A DNA stretch of 63,320 nt, the filler included, from Octopus bimaculoides (taxonomy: Eukaryota), in NCBI RefSeq assembly GCF_001194135.2. It is 5 parts of 5 records of this genome, joined end to end, with 100 filler letters (N's around TTAATTAATTAA, not from the genome) between each part and the next. Parts side by side here need not be neighbours in the genome. Positions count along the whole stretch, not along the records: positions 14,738 to 41,961 come from NC_068988.1; 4 more parts are not named here. One strand, written 5' to 3'. Below are positions 23,101 to 37,630 of the stretch, one piece after another. How positions within the stretch are numbered: position 1 is the first letter of the stretch; every line of letters begins with the position of its first letter. Both the position numbers and the translations under genes were made by a program. The notes beneath the pieces were generated by a model. That model was given only the letters and a program-made list of their open reading frames with translations, did no database searches and was not told the DNA's origin.

Positions 23101-24169
23101 CAGCGGAAGTGAGCTAGAACGTTATAACTGTGCGCATGCTCAGCTGTGCTGGAGGTCAATCTCTTGTCTTATTTCAAATACATAGACAAATAGAAAAACA
23201 CAGCGCTAATAAACTGTAAGTGGAAACTGCAGGGTAGGTGTATACTGTATATCACTTGCAAGAATGTTTCTAAAACTGCAAAAGCTACGCAGCAAAAAGA
23301 AAATGAAAATTAAATATCCTTTTTTTAAAAATTATCATCTTGTACATCTGGCTTAGTTTTCAAAATACAACATGAATACTTGCAAAGGAATGCTATATAC
23401 TACTTGTAGTAGAATGTTGCAGAAGAAAAGAAAATACATCAGATATAAATAAATTATAAATATAAGAGAATATTTTCTTGGCTTTCCTTGGGCGGTGTAT
23501 TGCTTTACGTTTTGTCAGTGATATTTTGATCTTACGTTCCTTGCCGCTAACGAATCAGCATTATTTAATTCTACAGTTATTTTTCTCTTCTGAATCATTC
23601 TACGTAGAAACAGACGACTAATACGTTGCATGATTTTAACAAAATATTCTAATAACAGACATTCCTTGGTATAGTTGTACTGTTTACAAAAAGTATTTTA
23701 TCGATGTGTTCAACATGTTGAAAATTTATATAGAGCTGTAAAACGTGAAGCGAAATTAATTTTTCTGGAGCAGTGTTCTGATATACAATACATTATAATA
23801 TGTGTGTCTGTGTGGATGTGTGTCCGAGTGTAATGATACGAGTTACTAACAATTTCATGCATTAGATATGCGAATCTAGGCAGGTTTTATAACACACATA
23901 GTGGATCGAAGCAATTTTCGGATACTGAATATATGACCTATCGAATTTAGAAATCAGGACGCTGGAACAAAGAACATCACGAGAAAATGCGAGAAAGTGG
24001 ATCCAAATAGTAGATAGGTGAAAACTAGAAACCACTTAGTGTAAGACCATAGCTAAGTATGACCGTCTACTTCGTATTCTCTACTGCTACTGACATACTA
24101 TTTATAATGACTAGAACATATCACTCCTCACGTGTGTGGGGTATTCTTATTATTTCTCACATCCCCAGA

Positions 24170-25400
24170 ACATCTCCCTTTTTAAGTTTTCTTTTGTCTT
24201 ATGGGAGTGTAATTTTATGTCTTTTAATAGCAATAATTTTAACATCCCCCACCTCCTATTTTTGAGCCTTTTTCATACGGTTATTTAATATTTTTTCGTT
24301 TGGCATCCACTTCCAAGAACTGTACATTTTCATTTTCATTATGCTTGTGCGTCTGGCTCTAATTATTTATAGTATTGTTGGTAGTTGAAAAATATCATAT
24401 AACCATTCCCTTGGTTCTTCCATTTTCTTGGGTTCGCTCCCAATGAATATATTTCTTTTAGTTGGTTCATACGTCACTTCTTTGCACCTGTTCTTCCTTT
24501 TTCTAAGTAAAGCATTTTTCCTATGCGTTTGGTAATCTCGCCATCTTCCCAACTTTTCTTTCCGTTCATATATGCCCTAACAAATATATTTTCACCAAAT
24601 TTGAAATATCTTACATTATCTGTGTTACATTTTTTCTTTTCTTGCCAAGGAACAATTTGTCGACGATTGATTTTATTTTCCTTGCAAACATCAGGTCTGG
24701 AATGGTATAGCGCAGTAGTTACATTATTCCACAGCGAACATTTTAAAAAGATTTTAAATTCAAAAGACACAAATTGCGTTCCATTGTCAGACACTAACAC
24801 GTCTGGGATGCCAGATCTTTTCAGCTGGTAATAATCATCGTGACACATGGCCTATATATATTTTACTCTCATCGTCATATTTCTGCAGAAGCATGGCTCC
24901 TACACCATAATCACTTGCATCTGTAGTCTATCTAATATCCAACTTTGGATCAAAATGCGTTAAGTATAAGTCCGTTGTTAAAATACTATTTAACTCGTCA
25001 AATGCCTTCTGGTACTTATCAGCCCAACACTATTTTGCGTTTATTTTAAATAAATCATTCAGAGGGGCATTTATGTTATGTATATTCGGAATGTAAATGT
25101 GGTAGTAATTTACTAAACCCCAAAATGCTTGTAGCATAGTCACATTATTCGGCGTCGGTATATATATATTTTTTATCGCAGTTGCTCTGGATGGATCCGG
25201 TTTCCATCCGTTCCTGTCTATTATCTGGCCAGAGTATTTAAAGTTTTCATAAACAGCTCACATTTTTATTCCCTTAACTTGAAGCTATATTCTCTAATAT
25301 TTTTGAATACCCTTTTAACGTGTTCTATATGTTGTTCAAATGATCCGCTTTTTATTGGGATATCGTCTAAATAAACACTGACAAAATCACAGCCACAACA
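24170..25400 (-). mobile_element. Ty3/Gypsy LTR retrotransposon pol remnant (RT-RNaseH-integrase) with PPT-like purine tracts
   Basis: YLDD at 25362-25373; LTHFDP...DASDYGVGA; GIPDVLVSDNGTQF (ORF 24474..24848). Purine tracts followed by TGTT at about 24244 and 24172. Confidence 0.88.
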
Positions 25401-27509
25401 ATAAGAATTTCCCATTACTCAACACACACAGAAAGATTTTTAATTGAAACTCAATTCAAATATCATTCAGCGGCTGACCCAATATGAAGAACATTAGCTC
25501 TCGTTAACATTATCACTCGTATACATTATCACAAGAGCCTACTTCCACTTATAACTGTTGACATACTGAAGCATGCCCTCCTTACTAGGTGCGTATGATA
25601 AACTCCGTTGTATAAGAGTCAGAATTTACAGCAACGCTGCAAGATAACCTAACGAAAAAGAAGAATTATATCGGGTTAAGCGAAAGCGATTTCAAAATAT
25701 ATCATGCAAACTGCCTGTCTTCTTTCCGTAACATCAATAAAAGTAAAGCCACTAAGTCGGCTAGCCACTGTATGGGGTTTCGAAACCAACTGCACACCAC
25801 ATTCAATCAAGTGTAGAATCCTTATGTTAATTGATATGAGAAATGCAGCTTATGTGAAGCTGAAATATCACATATTCTTTTTAGATTGAAGACTTCCACC
25901 GTACTACTGAATACCAAACATGCAATTTTCATTAAATATAAACATATAGACAAATAGTTTTTGGGGAACTGGAGGCTTCCACCCTCTCTGCATTGAATAG
26001 CTTTCTCGCCGGTTTAGACTCCTCTCCATTTCAGGTATTCTAGAACAACTAAGATTAATCATGGTTTTATGATCAACGTAACTAATTCTTCTTTCCTTCT
26101 ATTTTTCACCATTCCACCACTCGTATCTTGCCGTTTTTTCCTCCTAATTTCTTTTGTTCCAGTGTTCTGTGTAATAAATTGAATAACCAATCTGGATATT
26201 GTTTGGAGTGACAAGGTTTGAAGTAAAGACCTGCCTAGATACGTGCCTCCAATGCATAAAATTACTGGTAGCGTTTATTTTTGTACAAAATGGATTACTT
26301 TTGTTGCAGATCATACGTTAATGGAATAATTAACTGTATATGTGTGTGTGTCTGTGTGTGTGCATGTATGTGTGTGTATACATATATGCTTGTATGAAAA
26401 TATGCATACACACTCACACACACACACACACATAACTAGGTATTGTTGCGATTTACCGTCTCCAAATTCTAGAGTTTCACTAGCCAAAGTAACGAACCCA
26501 TGGAATCGAACTATCAATAAGGTTGTCGCAAACAACTGTATTAACCATAAAGCAATGTCCACGCCCGTATATGGTGCATATTCATATTTCAACTATTCTC
26601 CTGTTTGGTATTACAGGATGAAAACGTAGTAACATTAAAAAATGCCGACAAACAAACCATGACTATGAAATGGGGAATAAAAAGAAGTCGGTACTAATAA
26701 TGATGATGGCCAGCGTGCAATGAATGTTGAAGTGCATTAATCGATTCCGCTATTGCTCGTAGAGCCGACTAATGTTTTAGTTGAAGGTATTAAAATATGA
26801 AGCTGAACAAGGTTTGACATGTTGACCGGATGTGTTTATAACAGATACAGTCAATAGAATTTTTCACAGCCTCTTAAAAAATATTTTCAAAGACTTTTAC
26901 ATCCTCTGATATCGATATCTATTTCATCAATACATCTATTGCATATATATATATATATACACACATACAAAAATATATATATTATATTACTTATGTGTAT
27001 GTATGTGTGTGTGTGTGTGTGTGTGAAGTACATATATATATATGTATATATGTGTATATATGTGTGTGAGTGTTTGTGTTTGTGGAAATATATATATATA
27101 TATATACTTGTTTGTGTGTGTATGGGTGCGTGGGTGTTTGTGAATTGTAAGCTGCAACCATTTTTGCTCTATATATTTTCCCGTCTACACTCCATCTTGG
27201 CTTGTCTCTCGTTTTGTTTTCATAGTTTGTAGCTACATAGACAGTAAACACACACAAATCAGACATTAAATTATGCAGGGTATTATGCATACGCAATTAA
27301 ATGATATCACACGCACACGCACACATACACACACACACACAAACATCTACATTCAAATTTGCACACACGCACACATACACACACACACAAACATCTACAT
27401 TCAAATTTGCGCACACGCAAATATAAATTTCAAACGCATATACAAACAGGGAACTGTATATGTGCGTGTAGATATAAACAAAAAAACACATGCACAAAAC
27501 ACCAGCAGG

Positions 27510-27546
<37 letters not shown>

Positions 27547-29452
27547 AGCAACACGGATTTCAAAGCTGATTGCAGTACGCACGTTTCATGCTACTTCAAT
27601 TTATTTAAGTAATGCGAGCATTTCCTTAAATGCAATATGAAGAGCAATCTTCAGCTGCACGAAAATGCAGAAAAAATTACTGTAGAAAAGACATTATAAA
27701 TGTGGCAACATTTCAAATCCAAGTGGGAGAGAGAATCCATAAAAATCCAAATGTGAGGAAGAATACATAAGTCCATCTTGACATAGCCCAGTCTATCAGG
27801 CTAGTAATTGATTCTAGACAAAAGTTNNNNNNNNNNNNNNNNNNNNNNNNNNNNNNNNNNNNNNNNNNNNNNNNNNNNNNNNNNNNNNNNNNNNNNNNNN
27901 NNNNNNNNNNNNNNNNNNNNNNNNNNNNNNNNNNNNNNNNNNNNNNNNNNNNNNNNNNNNNNNNNNNNNNNNNNNNNNNNNNNNNNNNNNNNNNNNNNNN
28001 NNNNNNNNNNNNNNNNNNNNNNNNNNNNNNNNNNNNNNNNNNNNNNNNNNNNNNNNNNNNNNNNNNNNNNNNNNNNNNNNNNNNNNNNNNNNNNNNNNNN
28101 NNNNNNNNNNNNNNNNNNNNNNNNNNNNNNNNNNNNNNNNNNNNNNNNNNNNNNNNNNNNNNNNNNNNNNNNNNNNNNNNNNNNNNNNNNNNNNNNNNNN
28201 NNNNNNNNNNNNNNNNNNNNNNNNNNNNNNNNNNNNNNNNNNNNNNNNNNNNNNNNNNNNNNNNNNNNNNNTATATATAAACGTGTCCGAACGTACGCGG
28301 AAAGCACACGCCATTCCTGTTTTCCATTGTGCAATACTAATATTTTTATATATTCTTTTGCTCGGTATCTGTCTACAATTTTGTTTCTCTACATTCAATT
28401 CTTTCATCACCCTGTGTATCAGTATGTCCATTAAAGGTCATATTAATGTTGCTCTATGGTGACTTGTCATTGCAACGTCGAATCGCTATTAATGAATGCT
28501 GTATTTAGAACTAGTATGCTTTATGCGGAGATATTTTCGAAGCCATGTAACAGTGTTACTTGTAAACATAGAACTTAATCTCTGTTATATGATTTCTAAC
28601 ACCCTAAAGGACATGCTGTATCTTACTGAGAATCTGAAACTTTTTGTCTTCTTTTTATCAGTTTAATTTTCAGTTATTTTGCTATGATTGAGAACCTTTA
28701 CTAATGATTTTCAGTAATTTCACATACCATTGAGTATTTATGGAAGATGAATTAAAAGACATCTTTGTTATAATAAATTTAACATATAATTCTACAAGCC
28801 ATGTGGACAACCCTATCATATATGTGTGAAATATCACACATCCCTAACCGCAGGTATAAGGGTCAGAAATTTGATTTCCAGCTTCATGAATATATGTTTG
28901 ATTTCACTGAGCAGCAATTTGAGTAATGGATTCTAAAATATGCTCGGTTTCACCAGTGTGTTGAAATTGATATTTAGTTGATGATAACTGCGCGACAGTG
29001 GGTTTATCTATGTTCCTACATATACACACACAGACACATACGCACGCACGTACGTATGTATGCGTTTACAATCGGTTCCTGTATAGACATCGCCGACTAT
29101 ATATATACAGGCTTATGTATGGGCGTGTGTGTATATGTTTATATGACTGTGTTTCTACATAGTCTTAAGGATTTGTTGGTAATCGATGCGTTCAACAAAT
29201 ATATTTTATGGTATTTACTCTGTCCGAATTTTAAACATTTATGATAGCAAGACTCGCTCATGATCAGATATCGATGGCTGTTACAAAACACAGTAATTGG
29301 TCGATGGAATCTAATATAAATTTTTGACAGAGAGCTCCAGAATGGCCAAAGCCCAAATACTAACTATATTTAAAAAATAACATAAAATATTTTGTCTCAA
29401 AATAACGGTGGACAATTTGCAAACTGTAGCCATAGCTACATTATATCTGAGT

Positions 29453-29790
29453 AGGCGCATAACTCTGTGGTTAGTGCATCGGGCTCACAATCATGAGTTA
29501 CTGAGTTCGATTGCCGGACTGGGCTGTATGTTGTGTTCTTGAGCAAGAAACTTCATTTCACGTTGCTCCAGTTCACTAAGCTGTAGAAATGATTTGTGAC
29601 GTCAATAGTGTCAAGCTGTATCAGACTTTGCCTTTCCCTTAGATAACAACAGTGGCGCGGAAAGGCAAGGCTGGTATGCATGGGTGACTGCTGCTCTGTT
29701 ATAAACGAGTTTGTCCGGACTTCTGCCTTGGAGGGTAACTTTCTAGGTGCAATCCCATGGTCATTCATGACTGAAGCGTGTCTTCACTTT
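29453..29790 (+). mobile_element. tRNA/CORE-type SINE, family E
   Basis: GAGTTCGATTGCC B box followed by gttgtgttcttgagcaagaaacttcatttcacgttgctccagt. Related minus-strand copies at about 46220-46385 and 53330-53550. Confidence 0.72.
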
Positions 29791-30702
29791 TTACCCTTAC
29801 ATTATGTCTGAGCAAAATATTGCAATATTGAATAACATTTCTATAGGTCTGGTCATAAGTATCTGACCTGGAAATAATGAAACTCAATACAGACTTCACA
29901 CAGGAATCAGCGATTATACATACATCTTCATTTACCTGAATCAAGTGATAAAAAAAGGTGGTTTAATGCATATTTAATTATCTCCGAACAGGTAAATCTA
30001 AATTAAGAAGGGACATAAAGGGATCACAAATTTCGACATTCAACTCTCAGTATAATTGGAATTCATACAGTATGTTATTTTTAAAAAATATAATAGAAAC
30101 AAAGACATTTAAATCTAATGTACATAATCGCTTTCTTGAACAAGATTAAAGATTATCATTTATTAACGAAGTGTATTTACTCTCAATTATATAAAAAAAA
30201 AGGATAAAATCTATTTTGTGATGAGATATAAAGTCAATAAAGCGCATTGGTGAAATAAATGTTGTTAAAAAAATGGCCCTTTGAATTTAATCAGGGCATT
30301 CTACAACATATTTCTCTATATATATGAATTATTGCAGCACATGACAGTTTCTCCGTCTACACTCCATCGCCAGTTTACGCCAAATAAGAATCAACTTGTC
30401 ACATTATATATATATATATATATATNNNNNNNNNNNNNNNNNNNNNNNNNNNNNNNNNNNNNNNNNNNNATGAGAATACGCACTTAACAACCTTATTTTA
30501 TTATATGAATCATACTAGAAATATAGAAACAGACGGAAATATCAATGATGTATCAATAACTGTGTATCTTTGTGCCCTTTGTGCATCGCTGATTTTTAAA
30601 AATCTCACATCAGGTGTAACCGCATACAGAATTAAACATACGCAAACTACGCATGCACGCATATACTCACGCACACACACATGTATTTATGCGTGTGTAT
30701 GC

Positions 30703-30746
<44 letters not shown>

Positions 30747-30967
30747 TTACATAATAATATATATCTACATATCTATGCACATACACATAGTTATACTTAA
30801 ATACAGATAGGCACACTCATATATAATTAATTTGTCATTTCATTTATGTGTGTGAGGGGGCGTGCATTTCCATTTATATATATTTATGCGTGTGTATATA
30901 CGGAGGCAACAGAGACTGTTCACTGTGTATTCGTAAAGATTTACATACATTTGTATGCAAACACACG

Positions 30968-31004
<37 letters not shown>

Positions 31005-31558
31005 ACACAGATGCACGTACGCACAGACACGCAACGAACTCTTCTTTTCTTGTGTTTGTATAAGCGAAAATAAATACATGCATATATACATAAGTGTGCG
31101 TGTGCACATAGAGAAAGTGAGAGATGTGGGTGGAGAGACTTTGATGGATATGTCCGTTACTGTGACAAACAGACAATCATGGAATAAATATGCAGATGCA
31201 CATTCAAATATAGAAGCATTCACGTATACATATTTCTGAATTATATTTGTTGTTCTAAACGCAAATCCCAGATCGATAAATACCTTCTCTTCGACAATGG
31301 CATAGCTTAAGTTTTTTCAGCGTGATTCTTTGATTTATTGATTTTTGCCTAAGTCATTTAAACCAGGTGTAAGAACAAATCAATATTGCTTGTATATTTA
31401 ATAACTCGGATTATTTTCTAAGTTTTATCTATATCTCAAACTACATTTACCAAAGTGTAAATACCGAAATCCAGAGTTGTTTGCCTTCATTAAAGTCTTC
31501 CATGATGCATGTGAAAATACATATATGTGTATAGGTGAGATATACGTATATATGCATC

Positions 31559-31594
<36 letters not shown>

Positions 31595-32599
31595 NNNNNN
31601 NNNNNNNNNNNNNNNNNNNNNNNNNNNNNNNNNNNNNNNNNNNNNNNNNNNNNNNNNNNNNNNNNNNNNNNNNNNNNNNNNNNNNNNNNNNNNNNNNNNN
31701 NNNNNNNNNNNNNNNNNNNNNNNNNNNNNNNNNNNNNNNNNNNNNNNNNNNNNNNNNNNNNNNNNNNNNNNNNNNNNNNNNNNNNNNNNNNNNNNNNNNN
31801 NNNNNNNNNNNNNNNNNNNNNNNNNNNNNNNNNNNNNNNNNNNNNNNNNNNNNNNNNNNNNNNNNNNNNNNNNNNNNNNNNNNNNNNNNNNNNNNNNNNN
31901 NNNNNNNNNTATATATATATAGTTACATACTTGTGTGTATGGTGGGGTATGACTAGATGGCTAGCGAGTAATGTAAATTCGATCATTTTGATTAATTGTG
32001 ATACTCAACTCGGTACCAAACTTTTTCACGCCCTCTACAAAGCTGTCGTTGTTTCGACCGTATTTCCTCCTCTCACTACTCATACTTTGTCTCAGCACCC
32101 AAAATCCAGCTATAACACTACAGGTTAATCATTCTTATTTGACATGCGATATTCTCTCATTCCCACAGCATGTTTATTTTGTATTACCTACTAGAGTGGC
32201 ATAAGTTTAAACTAAACAATCTGTTTATCTACCAAACCAGATGTTGAGAGCCCACAAAATACTATAAATATAGGGTGTTCTATTCTAGATAAAATGCAAG
32301 AAATCTAAAAAAAAAAAGTAACTTCTGTACTCAGTGTAGTCCTATATATGCAGGCGGAAACTTCAATAGAAGCAGTGTCTCCTTTTGCAATTTATCTCCA
32401 TAGAAATATACTATACTACATAGAGCAAACATTGATGGAAGTATTTTTTGAGATTTCGAATGCCGATCGTAATAGTTTCGTCTACCATAATACCATCATT
32501 GTTTGTGAGACGAAGTACGGGGACTGAGGAAAAGCGCCAGTTTCTTCGTTGTAGAATACAGCGATGTTTTGATGCTCCTTTATCCATATAGCTACCAAC

Positions 32600-33680
32600 A
32601 CATATAAATTCCTCATCATCAGTGTCGTAGATCACCACTACCTAAAACGAAAAGAAGGCGACAGAGGCTCAAGGTCGATCCAGACTGCCTTTGAATGTCG
32701 TATCATATTCCTTGGGCAACATATTTTAACCAACAAGTGTTGAAGTGCATCCAATGACCAGGTTTACTTTCATGAGGCTGAGAACATCATAAGACTAAGA
32801 AGGCAGCTCCTCAAACAGTATTCCTGACCTGATAACCATAAATACATGCCGAAAAGAAGTCGCACGGCTCTAACGCAATGTATCCTCAAATTAAAGGATG
32901 AGCATATATCACCAGAAGACTATGCATAGATATATTAGTAGAAAGCTCCGAGGTGATAGTAACATTGATCATTAAAGCAGTCTATCACTTGTCGACAACC
33001 GGGTTACTACTTCCCAATTGGAATGGTATGCGTTTCCAATCCAGGAACAGGAAATATCAACCAAATAACTGATGCACACGAGGAGTAGAAATGATGCAAA
33101 CATAGTGGAGTTAACACTGAGAAGACTTTGTGGAGTTAACACTGAATATATTACCCAGACATAAGCAGTTGTCCGAAAATGGTATTATCTACTGATGAGA
33201 CATGATGCAGCTACGTATTGAAATCCGTTGGCAAGATAAACTCGAGAGCATAAAAATAAGAACTCACAGTATTATAGTATCCGCAGCCACTCATAATAAA
33301 AGAGAATACTGGTAGAATGTCCCAGTGAAAAGCTCAATAAAATGTCGACACAATAGACCTCATATAATGATTTAGAATAGAAAAGAGAAACTGTGTACAG
33401 TCGTGGAAATCAGCTACCCAGCAGATGTTAACATAAAGCTGAAGATCACTGAAAATGAGAATACCTATGCTGAACTATTGAGAAATCTCGAGTTACTCTA
33501 TCCAGATTACCAGTTCAAGTTTATACCTGTAAATATTGGGGCACTGGAATATGTAACACACTGCCTAAACACCCATCTTGAAAAATTAGGTTACTCAAAA
33601 CTAGAAAGGAGACGATTGATTCGAAGACTACAGATCCAAGCCATCACAGGAACTGTAAAAATCTGTAAAACATTCTAGAT
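32600..33680 (+). mobile_element. R4/Dong-like non-LTR retrotransposon 3' fragment (RT tail, CCHC, REL endonuclease)
   Basis: DHHYLKRKEGDRG..SIQTAFECRII; RLCGVNTEY...SSCPKM...RHD; HNRPH...VEISYPAD...FIPVNIGALE...LQIQAITGTVKICKTF (ORF 33403..33678). Confidence 0.82.
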
Positions 33681-34159
33681 TGTTATCACTTAAGTATGGC
33701 GAGACCTTGAAAGACGCCAACCAGCAGAAGGAAACTGCCAAGACAGTAAACTCAAAATTGACAAGGCTCCTCAGCCCAGTAAGTACAAGGTCTGGTGTCT
33801 ATAGCATATGCTGATAGCAATGTTGCTATTGCCTTTGTTAGTGTACGAAATTGCAAATTCGGCAATAGAAGCACTGGAAGAAAAATAAATAACTACAGCA
33901 GTAAGTGACTTAGTGTAATACCTGTAATACCAAGTCAGAGTGATGTTGCTCTTTACTGCAAGAGGACAAAACTAAGACTGCCTCTCAAGTCCCTAGTCGA
34001 AGAGTTCAAGGCGGGGACGAGGAAGTCACATTTTGTATATGGCTGTGTACCTGTCTGTGAATGAATGCGTGCGAGTGTATGAGTGTGCATATGTATCACA
34101 GTTTGTTTCTTTCCGCATTTGACACGTCATTGAACACACTATATATACGTAAGTGCTCA

Positions 34160-34820
34160 TGAGTGTCAATACGAAATTTCTTTTTCATTTCCATTAAAAA
34201 TATAACATTTCATAGAGATAATCATTCTTTGTCAACAGGACATTTTATACCACAACGGCAACGCCATCCCAGTTTGTATACGACTGTGTATCTGTATGTG
34301 CATTTATGCGTGTATGTGTATGAGTGTGTATATGTCTCATAATGCGTGTCTCTGTCTGCGTTAGGTAGGTTATTAAATACACACACATCCACACATACAT
34401 ATACATATGTAATGTTACATTATTAAACATACAAACACACATCTACACATACATATACACATGTGACGACTGAGAAGGGTGAATGTATGTCTGTCTGTGT
34501 TTATCTTACTTTGAGCACTTGCCTGTGTGAATACGAAATTCTATCTAACTCTATATATGTGAGGGATGACCAATGTCAATACGAAATTTTGTTTTCATTT
34601 CCATTAAAACAAAATAACATAGAGATAATATTTCTATTGTCAATAGGAAATTTTATACCACGACGACAACGGCATCCCTTTTTGTATATGACTGTGTATA
34701 CGTCTGTGAGTGTATGTGTATAAGTTTATGAGTTAGTATGTCTCATAAAGCGTGTGTCTGTCTGCGTTAGGTACACTATTCAGCATATGCACATCTACAC
34801 ATACATATATATATATGTAA
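34160..34820 (+). repeat. Diverged tandem duplication, period about 410 bp
   Basis: tgtcaatacgaaattt...ttccattaaaa...catagagataat...ttttataccac...gtctgcgttaggta occurs at about 34163 and again at about 34575. Confidence 0.85.
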
Positions 34821-35286
34821 CAACTGACATGCGTGAACGTATGTCTCTGTGTGGCTATTTTAGTATATGTGTGTGTGAGTGTATGTCATTGAATATCTAG
34901 TGCGAGACCGATCGATAAGGCTGGCCGTAATGATTATATCATACTGTCCACTTACATTGATATACCCACTATATGCGAGTGCATGATTTTTATTTATTTA
35001 TGGATACTTAGACAGCTACATATATGTATATGTCAGTATGTTTCCCGCGCGCGTGCGGGGTTAACGGAGCAAAATTGCGTTTGTCTCTCTAGCCGATAAC
35101 TGATGTGAAGTTAGGGATTTTCTTTGTATGTTTTCTATTCGTTTGTGCATTTAATGTGTGCTTTTTAACTGCCATTCTGTGTCTGTTTCCATTCCTGTAT
35201 ACATTTCCTATACGTTTTAGCTTATTAATTAATGAAACGCTGTGCACACTTGATTTTATATATACATACATGTATTATGAATGTAT

Positions 35287-35339
<53 letters not shown>

Positions 35340-36427
35340 GATAGGAAGATAAACAGATAGATACGACATGCATGTATTTTAGACATTTCTTGCAAAAAGA
35401 ACGTTATTTGAATATGATATTGATGCTATGTATCATATAGCCAGTGAATATCAACTAAGAATCTGGTAAAAGTGTTCTATATCAAAGGGGGATAAATGTG
35501 AGCTTTATTTAGCAATCATACAATTATATTTTAGAGAAAAACTTACATTTTAGAGAAAATCTTATGCCATTCAGCTCTGACAAAAGATAAACGTAAATCG
35601 AATAAAAGTAATACTAAAATATATTTAATGCCGATTTTGATCTCAGAAATATTTGGTTTCTTAAGCTGTGAATCAACAATATTTTATTAAAAGATATATG
35701 AAAAATGAAAGAAAAAAGTCAGTAAATCTAAAATTGAATTTACTATCACATGAATAATGAGAATAACATTCTCACGAATAGAAAGCTGCAATATATTAAT
35801 GATGAAAAGAATGTAGCTAATTCTAAGTACAAAATATTGTCTTGAATATTAATCATAGTCTTTGTCTGCTTTTGTAAATCTAGAGATCACCCAAAATCTG
35901 TTATGCATCAAAATTTGTAATGATAAAATTGGAGAAATATATAAAGGAATTAAATCATAAATAAATGGTGATGGAAGAGAGGAATTATTATTATCATTTA
36001 ATTTTAAAGATTTAAATGCAGATGTCGATATCGGATTAAAGACAAAATATTTTCCAATAAGTCTATACAAATGCATAGAAGCACAACAATAAATACATAC
36101 ATATATAGACACATAGGTACAAGTAATTACACGAAGTCTATATAACACAAAATGCACAATCCCATATATGCAAGCATACATAGACAACATGCATTCACAT
36201 AATACTTGCATATTTATATGCAGATATAATTTACACTGCCGTCAAGGTAAAAATCAACAATACGAGTACTCCATCCAGTGAATATCATTTAATGTATAAT
36301 GTATAAAAATAAGAGCAACTAATAGATTCTTACTATGAAGAATCAAGGCTAGGCAGAGACTATATCTCCAAGCAATCTTATGGCTTTTAGTACGTCTCTT
36401 GTAAATGGCAGATATGTTAAAACGAAA

Positions 36428-36652
36428 GGCGGCGAGCTGACAGAAACGTTAGCACGCCGGGCGAAATGCTTAGCGGTAATTCGTCTGCCGCTACGTTCTG
36501 AGTTCAAATTCCGCCGAGGTCGACTTTGCCATACATCTTTTCGGGGTCGATAAATTGAGTGTCAGTTATGCGCTGGGGTCGATGTAATCGACTTAATCCC
36601 CTGTTTGTCCCCTCTATCTTTAACCCCTTGTTGGCAGCAAAGAAATAAGAAA
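36428..36652 (+). mobile_element. SINE family B (Meta-domain-like block gtcgactttgcc...catc..tttcggggtcgataaa), CpG-rich copy
   Basis: tRNA-like head with GAGTTCAAATTCC B box and many related copies in the window. The MetaSINE assignment is from memory only. Confidence 0.8.
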
Positions 36653-36859
36653 TGTTAAAATGAATTAATAATGCTGAATGACCACAAGTAGTGAACAAAA
36701 AGTTATATTTCTGTAAAGACGGTAAACAACGCAAGCTAATCACAGTACGAAATAAGAACAGTGCAAAATAGTAAGGAACTTAAAAATTCTCTATTGATCT
36801 TTCCATGAGGTTCAAAGAAAGGTAAGTGGCGAAGATGGCGGAGAAAATATGTTGTCAGA

Positions 36860-37500
36860 ATATTGTTGAAGCTGATGAATAAGCAAGCCCTTACATCTAT
36901 CACAAGAGAAAGAGAACAAGTGATGCATCAAGCAGGAATGCTGTGGGCTGTAGAAAAACCTGCCCCAGAAATGCAACAGCTGACATATCAAAGCTCGTGT
37001 TGCAGTGCTGTAGTTTCGTTCGCCACATCGATGGGGTTGCACCTGATTGATTCTAAGGCTGTAAAAAAAACCATAGGGGCCGAAAAACATAGAAAGAAAG
37101 AGATTGATTAAGACTTCTACTACTATCGGTTATATAATAAGAAATTAAATAAAGATGATAACAGCATAATAACTAATAGCTCTAGCCATAATATAAACGA
37201 TAGTGATAGAAGTCTTAATCAACATATAGAAAAATGATAAGACTAAATGTAAGCTCCCTAATAATAGTACTATCGATAATGTAATTTATAGAACAATAAT
37301 AATAAAAGTATAAAGCTTATATTGGATCAACAGCTAATGAAATTTAGAAAAAGAATATCCCAATACTACCAGAGTTTTAAAAAATCCCAATTTAAGTAAG
37401 TCTACAGGCTTAAGTAAATATATATGGGAATTAAAATCTAGAAAAAGAGAGTACAACCTTAATTGGAGTATAATAAGTAGAGCTATTGCTATTCGTATGC
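36860..37500 (+). mobile_element. Penelope-like linker plus GIY-YIG fragment
   Basis: KTKCKLPNNSTIDNVIYR...YIGSTANE...KSTGLSKYIWELKSRKREYNLNWSIISRA, read across frameshifts. Confidence 0.78.
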
Positions 37501-37593
37501 TAATTCAGAATGTTATTGTCTTCCCCACCGAAGTTTTCTTGACGCACACACACACACACACACAAGCGCGCGCACGCATACACACACACACAA

Positions 37594-37630
<37 letters not shown>

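Noticed and set aside
32411-32638. Minus-strand ORF faintly like glycoside hydrolase family 2 (DGIMVDETITIGIR)
   Set aside because: It overlaps the plus-strand R4-like element, whose motifs (HINS, DHHYLKRKEG) explain the sequence; no exon structure.
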